A DNA stretch of 12,258 bases from a virus (Duplodnaviria; Heunggongvirae; Uroviricota; Caudoviricetes). The translations under genes were made by a program, and so were the position numbers. The notes beneath the pieces were generated by a model. That model did not search any database and was not told the DNA's origin. It saw nothing but the letters and a program-made list of their open reading frames with translations. The number at the start of each line of letters is the position of its first letter. The stretch's first letter is position 1. Positions 6,555 to 12,258 of the stretch are shown piece by piece. The stretch is from IMG/VR virus record IMGVR_UViG_2585427784_000003, positions 1 to 12,258 of that record; one strand, given 5' to 3'.

Positions 6555-8102
6555 CTACTTGTCTTTTTTAATATGATCAATCTCATCATTAAGACATTTA
6601 TCTATTTTTTTTATTAACACATTAATTTCTTCGGTGTTTTGGAGTTGAGTTGTCTTAGAAACAAAAACTCGAATAAAGAATTTAACATAGTGATAGGGTT
6701 GAAGTACATCGTTATACTTACATAAATCATTTATTGTATACTTGCCGCCTGTTTCTTTTTTTATTATTTTAGCTTGACTTGTATCGATATCTTTAAAGTT
6801 ATCTTCAATCTGAAAATCAAGAACCCATTCATCTCCTTTTAAATTATCCTCAATGATTTTGTTGATTTTCTTAGATATATTTTGTTTATATTCTTTGTAT
6901 CTGTTGTCGGAAATGTTAACATTAGAAAACGTGTGTTTTTTTTCATATATTTTTTTCCAAACATTTCTATCAACAATATCTTGAATTATAGCTTGAGAAT
7001 TTTTATCTAATGTGTTTTTAAGAGTGTTTTCTAAAAACGTTTTGTCTGGGTTTTCACGATAAAAGTGTTTGATGGACTCAATGAGAGTGTTTTTAGATTT
7101 TAAAGAGACAACATCATCAGTTTTTTTTCTAGAACACGCTTTGTTAAGCATCGCAGATAGTGCACGATTGGTCTTATGAAAATAAACTTGACTATAAAGC
7201 CCACTTCTTGCATTGGCAAATTCTAGTATTGAATCCATACCACTTTCTTTATATGCCAGGTAAACACTATTTTCAACTTTCACAGGAATAAATGACATTA
7301 ATAATCGTCCATAATCATAAATCCCATATTTAACGCCGGAGAAGTAGCTATCTCTAAGTAGGTAGTCCATTCTGTCCGCATCTATAGGTGAAGATGATAT
7401 GATTGAACCTAATAAAGGATATACATTTACTCCCTCAATGTTATTTTTAAAATCATATCTTTTATCAACAATTTTTATAATGCTTTCTGGATTAATAGCC
7501 GCTATGTTTTCTTTATAGACATCGTCGTCATTTGATTTATCTTGGGCTTCATTTTTTAATTCTTCAATAATTTCTTTAATAAAAATACATGATACTTGTT
7601 CGTGGGTTAACTTGTCATTATCACTTAAAGATATAATCTTATCGTATTGTTTATTTCCTTCAGTTTTGCATTTTTCTTTGAAATCTTTTACGGATATTGC
7701 AAAACTATCGAATTGGTGGGCAAGTGGGCCATGCCCAACATCGTGTAACAATGCTGCAATACGTAACTCCTGTATAAGACTTGAAGGCATTTTTTTTATA
7801 TCTAAATATAGATCAATGCCCATATTTTTTCGATTGTAAATTAGTGCATTTATATCAATATTTTTTAATATTTCATACGATAAATGCATTACACCGACAG
7901 AGTGTTCAAAGCGAGAGTGCATTGCAGAAGGAAATACTTTATATAGAAACGTGTTCTGCCTGATATCTCGTAGTCGTTGGAATAAAGGATGGTCAATTAT
8001 CTTTTTTTCTAGCTTAGTTATTCGAATCACTCCATGTATGGGATCTAAAAACTTCCCCAGAAGTAAGTCTTCAAAGTTCTCAAGTTTGTTTTTGTTTGTC
8101 AT
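6555..8102 (-). CDS. HD-domain dNTP triphosphohydrolase-like protein (SAMHD1/dGTPase family) with a long K/N/D-rich C-terminal extension, 515 aa
   Basis: Motifs seen in the translation: PLFQRLRDIRQ...HSRFEHSVGV, LLHDVGHGPLAH and DADRMDYLLRD, the metal-binding H...HD...D set of SAMHD1/Dgt-type enzymes. Ribosome-binding site aaggaaa precedes the ATG at 8102. The gene is visibly AT-rich. Confidence 0.85.
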   Translation of the reverse strand: MTNKNKLENFEDLLLGKFLDPIHGVIRITKLEKKIIDHPLFQRLRDIRQNTFLYKVFPSAMHSRFEHSVGVMHLSYEILKNIDINALIYNRKNMGIDLYLDIKKMPSSLIQELRIAALLHDVGHGPLAHQFDSFAISVKDFKEKCKTEGNKQYDKIISLSDNDKLTHEQVSCIFIKEIIEELKNEAQDKSNDDDVYKENIAAINPESIIKIVDKRYDFKNNIEGVNVYPLLGSIISSSPIDADRMDYLLRDSYFSGVKYGIYDYGRLLMSFIPVKVENSVYLAYKESGMDSILEFANARSGLYSQVYFHKTNRALSAMLNKACSRKKTDDVVSLKSKNTLIESIKHFYRENPDKTFLENTLKNTLDKNSQAIIQDIVDRNVWKKIYEKKHTFSNVNISDNRYKEYKQNISKKINKIIEDNLKGDEWVLDFQIEDNFKDIDTSQAKIIKKETGGKYTINDLCKYNDVLQPYHYVKFFIRVFVSKTTQLQNTEEINVLIKKIDKCLNDEIDHIKKDK

Positions 8103-8163
8103 GAGGCTTTCCTTTTGCTGTAGTTATAATACGAAATTTAAATAGTAATGATGTTTATAGTTT

Positions 8164-8192
8164 CAATGTGTTATCTAATGGTTAACACATTG
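8164..8192. promoter_or_regulatory. Perfect 10-bp inverted repeat (caatgtgtta, 9-bp spacer, taacacattg) about 60 bp upstream of the HD-domain gene start; candidate operator
   Basis: Perfect palindrome arms read directly. No U-run follows on either strand, so a protein-binding site is more likely than a terminator. Confidence 0.3.
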
Positions 8193-8460
8193 TGATGTAG
8201 CATATCAATATGGATTCATATGTTCAATTGGTCTGTGGAGTTTAGTTATGAATAAGATTGATTCTGGTAATACTTTGTAGTTTAAGCTAGAGGCGGGATT
8301 CGTGATGTTCAAATCAGTATGTAATGGAGGTTGTGCATTAGTACTTGCTGCTGGAAATTAAAAATAAAGTTGCAAGTAATCGACGTTTTCCGAGAGGAGG
8401 ATGTAGCATCGCTGACCAAAAAGTATCAACGATGCCTGTTTTGTTTTAACTACAAATTAA

Positions 8461-9804
8461 TTAAATTGCATCTGCAAACTCTGGGATTTTTCGCTCAAGT
8501 ATGATTGATGAGTTGCTGTTGTCGCTTTTTTTATTTTCATGATTACGAATAGCCAATGACTCATTAAAGTCTTTTGCGACTGCTGTCTCAATAAATTCAA
8601 TTTCTGAATCAGAGTGTTTTTTAACAGCTTCTTTGATCTCATCCAGAGTAACATAGAAAAACTCTTTTCTACGATTTACAAGATTGACTCTCTTTTTATC
8701 GAAGACATCATGTAGTTTTTTTTCTAATGATGGAGCGTCCTCCGAATAAATCATGGCATGCACATCAAAAATAAAAGGAACAGATGCATCACCAAGCTCA
8801 TTTACACGGTCTTGTGGATCAAGACGTCGTGTCATGCCTATTTTATAAACATTCTCCCCAAAAGAACCTATGTTCGAAATAATATAAACATGACCTTGTT
8901 TGGTTTGTTGTGCCATGGATAATGCTCTTTGATGCTTTGATTCAGCCTGCGACAAACTCTGTTCTAGTTCGGCAATGCGATTTTCGAGGCGCTGCTTCAT
9001 GTCACCAGTAACTTTTTCCATTTCCTTTCTTGCAGCTTCAATTGCTTTTTTATAACGGCGCTCTTCTGCCTCTGCGTCTTGCATGGCCTTTTCTATTTCT
9101 CGTTGTGCACGCTCCTCCTCTCTCATTTGTGCCCTTATTTCTGCCTGTTCTTCTTTTTCTTTCTGTTTTTGCTCACGATATTCATGGGTAAGCCACAACT
9201 CCTCAAGTTTTTTATTAAGGTATTTAGTATTTATATATATGTGATTTTGCTCGTTTAGTTTATTTATGGCCTCAAATGCCTTTGTGATGCGTTCTTCCAT
9301 TTTAGTGATATTTTTCCACGTGCAATTACTAATTGCAGCATCACATTCATTATTAAATGCTCTAGTAGTTAGCCTAATATTTCTGTCTGTCATTTTTTTA
9401 CCCTCTGCTCGAGAGCCTTCAACAGTCCATTGGGTTGTGCAATATACTGCACCAGAGTGGGTTTTATCCCGCAGCATTAATTTCTGTTCATCCCTGATGG
9501 ATTTTATTTTGTTTTTAAATTGCTCTGAATCTTCAAAATTAAAATGAGGTTCGTAAAATCCTAGTTCGGCTAGTTCAACATCTTCTGAATAAATAGAAAT
9601 TTGCTTTACTAGCTTATCATATATTTCTTTCTTCTCTTTATAAGTTCTTCTTAGTTCTTGGATTTGTTTATTGATACCATCCATTTTTTCAATGGTGTTT
9701 GTTAGTTCATTATTGGCATTTTCTTTTACTTTTTGGGACTCTTCTTTTATAATGGAGTATTCTTGCTCTGTTTTCTCAATAAGCTTCTTACATTCCTCTT
9801 CCAC
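8461..9804 (-). CDS. DUF4041 plus T5orf172 (GIY-YIG-like) protein with a central coiled coil, 447 aa as called; it probably begins upstream at 9964 (see frameshift finding)
   Basis: DUF4041-like block (...GFYEPHFNFEDSEQFKNKIKSIRDEQKLMLRDKTHSGAVYCTTQWTVEGSRAEGKKMTDRNIRLTTRAFNNECDAAISNCTWKN...), then an E/K/R/Q-rich coiled coil, then a T5orf172-like block (GHVYIISNIGSFGENVYKIGMTRRLDPQDRVNELGDASVPFIFDVHAMIYSEDAPSLEKKLHDVFDKKRVNLVNRRKEFFYV). The called start is a GTG with no ribosome-binding site. Confidence 0.85.
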   Translation of the reverse strand: MEEECKKLIEKTEQEYSIIKEESQKVKENANNELTNTIEKMDGINKQIQELRRTYKEKKEIYDKLVKQISIYSEDVELAELGFYEPHFNFEDSEQFKNKIKSIRDEQKLMLRDKTHSGAVYCTTQWTVEGSRAEGKKMTDRNIRLTTRAFNNECDAAISNCTWKNITKMEERITKAFEAINKLNEQNHIYINTKYLNKKLEELWLTHEYREQKQKEKEEQAEIRAQMREEERAQREIEKAMQDAEAEERRYKKAIEAARKEMEKVTGDMKQRLENRIAELEQSLSQAESKHQRALSMAQQTKQGHVYIISNIGSFGENVYKIGMTRRLDPQDRVNELGDASVPFIFDVHAMIYSEDAPSLEKKLHDVFDKKRVNLVNRRKEFFYVTLDEIKEAVKKHSDSEIEFIETAVAKDFNESLAIRNHENKKSDNSNSSIILERKIPEFADAI

Positions 9805-9856
9805 ATTAAAATAATCTGCAAAGCGAGATTTGTATTCTTCATTTTTTTGATTGCTA

Positions 9857-9964
9857 TCACTTAATTCTAATTGTATTTTTTTTGATGCGTTTGATTGCAG
9901 CTATATATAGAACAAGAACAACCAATAAAAATATGATTGCAAGTAATAGTGGAGTTTGAGTCAT
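9857..9964 (-). CDS. 35-aa ORF encoding a single transmembrane helix (MTQTPLLLAIIFLLVVLVLYIAAIKRIKKNTIRIK); probably the displaced N-terminus of the DUF4041 gene
   Basis: ATG at 9964 is preceded by aagga with about 9-nt spacing. The ORF ends 53 bp before the GTG of the 447-aa ORF, and the two frames differ by one nucleotide across an A8 run (coding strand; T8 at 9876-9883 on plus). Confidence 0.45.
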   Translation of the reverse strand: MTQTPLLLAIIFLLVVLVLYIAAIKRIKKNTIRIK

Positions 9965-10390
9965 TCGTGCTATTCCTTACGGACAATTTAAGACGTTTTG
10001 TATTAAATCCTGTTCAATGTGTATGCGGGTGATTGCTACCGCTTACAATCTTCATAATTATCAGTTAGATAGACTCGCTAGTAAATAATTTCATTTTTTG
10101 CAATATTCTTATTGAATATTTCAATTTATGAAATGAGCTCTTTATCCTTTCAAGGCGAAAGGTTTCTTCTTCGGAAATATTTGCTCTCGTGTGACGTATA
10201 AAGGCCTTTGATTTTTAAAAAACAGTAGGAAATAATATAGTTACTGTCGGCCTGAACACCCGGCGGTGGGGTTGCGCTAAACGGGGACGTTTATGCGCAC
10301 ATACAATCTAAACTCTCTTCTCCCTTCACAGATGCAGAAATGCACCTGCGATTTTTTGCATCCAACGTTTGACCTCTGCGGAGGTGAAGC

Positions 10391-10846
10391 ATGAACCTAC
10401 CACAAGATGGCATCAAATTACATCGTGGCAACTTCACCGCTATCGGCCAGCAGATCCAGCCTTATCTGGAGGACGGAAAATGCTTTCGCATGGTGCTTAA
10501 ACCGTGGCGTGAGAAACGCAGTCTTTCCCAGAGTGCACTCAGCCACATGTGGTACAGCGAAATCAGTGAATACCTTATCAGCAGGGGTAAAACGTTCGCC
10601 ACTCCAGCTTGGGTAAAAGATGCTCTCAAACACACATATCTCGGTTATGAAACCAAAGACCTGGTTGATGTCGTAACCGGTGATATCACCACTATCCAGT
10701 CGTTACGCCATACCTCCGACCTTGATACCGGAGAGATGTATGTCTTCCTGTGTAAGGTTGAAGCCTGGGCGATGAATATTGGCTGCCACCTGACTATTCC
10801 GCAGAGCTGCGAGTTCCAGCTGCTGCGTGATAAGCAGGAGGCGTAA
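10391..10846 (+). CDS. ybcN: DLP12-type nin-region protein YbcN, 151 aa
   Basis: [67 protein letters not shown]... matches E. coli YbcN from memory. Ribosome-binding site ggaggtg lies upstream. Confidence 0.88.
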   Translation: MNLPQDGIKLHRGNFTAIGQQIQPYLEDGKCFRMVLKPWREKRSLSQSALSHMWYSEISEYLISRGKTFATPAWVKDALKHTYLGYETKDLVDVVTGDITTIQSLRHTSDLDTGEMYVFLCKVEAWAMNIGCHLTIPQSCEFQLLRDKQEA

Positions 10847-11016
10847 TGGCTACACCGCTTATTCGTGTCATGAACGGACACATCTACAAAATACCAAATC
10901 GTCGTAAGCGTAGGCCTGAGCTGAAACCATCCGAAATACCAACACTGCTCGGATATACCGCCAGCCTGGTTGATAAAAAATGGTTGCGACTGGCAGCAAG
11001 GAGGAATCATGGCTGA
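10846..11016 (+). CDS. ninE: NinE, 56 aa (below the ORF-track length cutoff)
   Basis: Hand translation: [56 protein letters not shown]. The start overlaps the ybcN stop (TAATG). Confidence 0.8.
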   Translation: MATPLIRVMNGHIYKIPNRRKRRPELKPSEIPTLLGYTASLVDKKWLRLAARRNHG

Positions 11017-11299
11017 TTTGAGAAAAGCAGCGCGTGGTCGGGAATGCCAGGTAAGAATCCCTGGCGTATGTAATGGCAATCCTGAAACGTCTGTACTGGC
11101 ACATATCCGGCTGGCTGGATTGTGCGGTACCGGTATCAAACCGCCAGACCTGATTGCCACCATTGCATGTTCTGCCTGTCACGACGAGATCGACCGTCGC
11201 ACGCATTTTGTTGACGCTGGATATGCAAAAGAATGCGCGCTGGAAGGTATGGCGAGAACGCAGGTTATCTGGCTGAAAGAGGGGGTAATTAAGGCGTGA
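11009..11299 (+). CDS. ybcO: DLP12-type YbcO (putative nuclease), 96 aa from the ATG at 11009
   Basis: [96 protein letters not shown], preceded by aggagg. The ORF track starts earlier, at 10970. Confidence 0.85.
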   Translation: MADLRKAARGRECQVRIPGVCNGNPETSVLAHIRLAGLCGTGIKPPDLIATIACSACHDEIDRRTHFVDAGYAKECALEGMARTQVIWLKEGVIKA

Positions 11300-11658
11300 A
11301 TACCTACAATATCACATTACCCTGGCCGCCGAGCAATAATCGCTATTACCGCCATAATCGCGGGCGCACGCACATCAGCGCAGAGGGGCAGGCATACCGC
11401 GAAAACGTCGCCCGAATCATTAAAAACGCAATGCTGGATATCGGCCTGGCTATGCCTGTGAAAATCCGCATTGAGTGTCACATGCCGGATCGCCGTCGCC
11501 GTGACCTGGATAATCTACAAAAGGCCGCTTTTGACGCACTCACCAAAGCAGGTTTCTGGTTGGATGATGCTCAGGTCGTTGATTACCGCGTTGTGAAGAT
11601 GCCGGTTGTCAAAGGTGGAAAGCTGGAACTGACCATCACTGAACAGGGAGATGAATGA
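11296..11658 (+). CDS. rusA: Holliday-junction resolvase RusA, 120 aa
   Basis: [95 protein letters not shown]... matches E. coli RusA from memory. Confidence 0.95.
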   Translation: MNTYNITLPWPPSNNRYYRHNRGRTHISAEGQAYRENVARIIKNAMLDIGLAMPVKIRIECHMPDRRRRDLDNLQKAAFDALTKAGFWLDDAQVVDYRVVKMPVVKGGKLELTITEQGDE

Positions 11659-11795
11659 TGTTTGAGTTTTATATGGCAGAACTTCTTCGCCACCGCTGGA
11701 TGCGCCTGCGCTTATATCGTTTCCCCGGTTCTGTTTTGACCGATTACCGAATACTGAAGAATTACGCCAAAACACTGACAGGAGCAGGAGTATGA
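11655..11795 (+). CDS. ylcG: Small nin-region protein YlcG, 46 aa (below the ORF-track length cutoff)
   Basis: Hand translation: [46 protein letters not shown]. The start overlaps the rusA stop (ATGA). Confidence 0.7.
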   Translation: MMFEFYMAELLRHRWMRLRLYRFPGSVLTDYRILKNYAKTLTGAGV

Positions 11796-11880
11796 AGTCA
11801 GAGATAACAATCAACTAATACTGTTTTGTTGATTTTTGCTTGTAATTGGCGTTCTGGTCTGAGTTTTGTGGAGTAAGTTG

Positions 11881-12258
11881 ATGCGTGATATTCAGATGGT
11901 TCTTGAGCGTTGGGGAGCGTGGGCGGCTAATAATCATGAAGATGTGACCTGGTCGTCCATTGCCGCCGGTTTTAAGGGATTAATTCCTTCAAAAGTAAAA
12001 TCTCGCCCACAATGTTGTGACGATGACGCGATGATCATTTGCGGGTGCATGGCCCGTCTGAAAAAGAACAACAGCGATTTGCATGATTTATTGGTGGACT
12101 ATTATGTCGGCGGCATGACTTTTATGGCGCTTGCACGTAAGCATGGGCGATCTGATTGTTGGGTTGGCAGGATGCTCCAGAAAGCTGAGGGCGTAGTGGA
12201 GGGTATGCTGATGGTGTTGGATCTCCGATTGGAGATGGATGCTGATTGTTCGAAATAA
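11881..12258 (+). CDS. quuD: Late-gene antiterminator Q (DLP12 QuuD-like), 125 aa from the ATG at 11881
   Basis: [75 protein letters not shown]... matches DLP12-type Q from memory. Ribosome-binding site ggag lies 7 nt upstream, and the stop codon is the last three bases of the window. Confidence 0.8.
   Translation: MRDIQMVLERWGAWAANNHEDVTWSSIAAGFKGLIPSKVKSRPQCCDDDAMIICGCMARLKKNNSDLHDLLVDYYVGGMTFMALARKHGRSDCWVGRMLQKAEGVVEGMLMVLDLRLEMDADCSK

Larger units (their letters stand above)
1331..12258. mobile_element. Lambda-derived defective (cryptic) prophage, left end at attL; continues past the window end
   Basis: att core plus P' arm, int, xis, exo-xis genes, exo, bet and P remnants, ren, and a nin/Q module all lie in lambdoid order. 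The immunity and replication genes are absent. Confidence 0.9.

Noticed and set aside
7612-8145. Three plus-strand ORFs of 60-75 aa inside the HD-domain gene
   Set aside because: Antisense to a 515-aa ORF with clear catalytic motifs; AT-rich DNA gives many spurious open frames.
8457-8654. 65-aa minus-strand ORF overlapping the 3' end of the DUF4041 gene in another frame
   Set aside because: Fully nested out of frame within the T5orf172 coding region.
9266-9547. 93-aa plus-strand ORF antisense to the DUF4041 gene
   Set aside because: Antisense shadow ORF with a hydrophobic low-complexity translation typical of AT-rich antisense frames.
6185-10330. Possible insertion sequence or transposon origin of the AT-rich island
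   Set aside because: No transposase-like ORF, no terminal inverted repeats and no convincing flanking direct repeats. The weak similarity between tagttattact (about 6187) and tagttact (about 10239) is too short to count.
10407-11206. ORFs 10407-10616 (+), 10418-10633 (-), 10645-11163 (-) and 10868-11206 (-)
   Set aside because: They overlap the ybcN, ninE and ybcO frames, which match known proteins; the competing frames have no homology I recognise.
11515-11814. 99-aa minus-strand ORF antisense to rusA and ylcG
   Set aside because: Antisense to the near-identical RusA frame.
1-12258. CRISPR arrays, tRNA or rRNA genes
   Set aside because: No regularly spaced direct repeats and no tRNA-like cloverleaf or rRNA-like segments were seen by eye. 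A tRNAscan or CRISPR-finder run would be the definitive check.

Overview
This window is the left arm of a lambda-derived, defective prophage integrated at the lambda attachment site beside the host gene ybhC. All calls rest on reading the sequence and on protein sequences recalled from memory; no searches were run. From left to right: ybhC (minus strand), then attL with the 15-bp lambda core GCTTTTTTATACTAA and an intact P' arm, then int, xis and a lambda orf55-like gene. The exo-xis region keeps orf73 (TraR-like), orf61-like, orf63, orf60a and exo, but the ea8.5/ea22 slot is replaced by AT-rich DNA carrying an opposite-strand three-helix membrane protein. Immediately upstream of exo only the last ~34 codons of bet remain, fused at about 5684/5685 to the last ~74 codons of replication gene P. 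That single deletion removes the 5' part of bet, gam through N, cI, cro, cII, O and most of P, so the prophage has no repressor and no replication module. ren follows, then a ~4 kb AT-rich cargo island with two minus-strand genes: a SAMHD1/dGTPase-like HD-domain protein (515 aa) and a DUF4041 plus T5orf172 (GIY-YIG-like) protein (447 aa). The second gene appears to be interrupted by a +1 frameshift in an A8 tract that separates it from a 35-aa N-terminal transmembrane ORF with a good ribosome-binding site. The window ends with a DLP12-type nin/Q module (ybcN, ninE, ybcO, rusA, ylcG, Q). The island genes are the best candidates for an accessory anti-phage function; I cannot match the DUF4041/T5orf172 gene to a named defence system from memory. 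No tRNA, rRNA, CRISPR array or IS element was seen.
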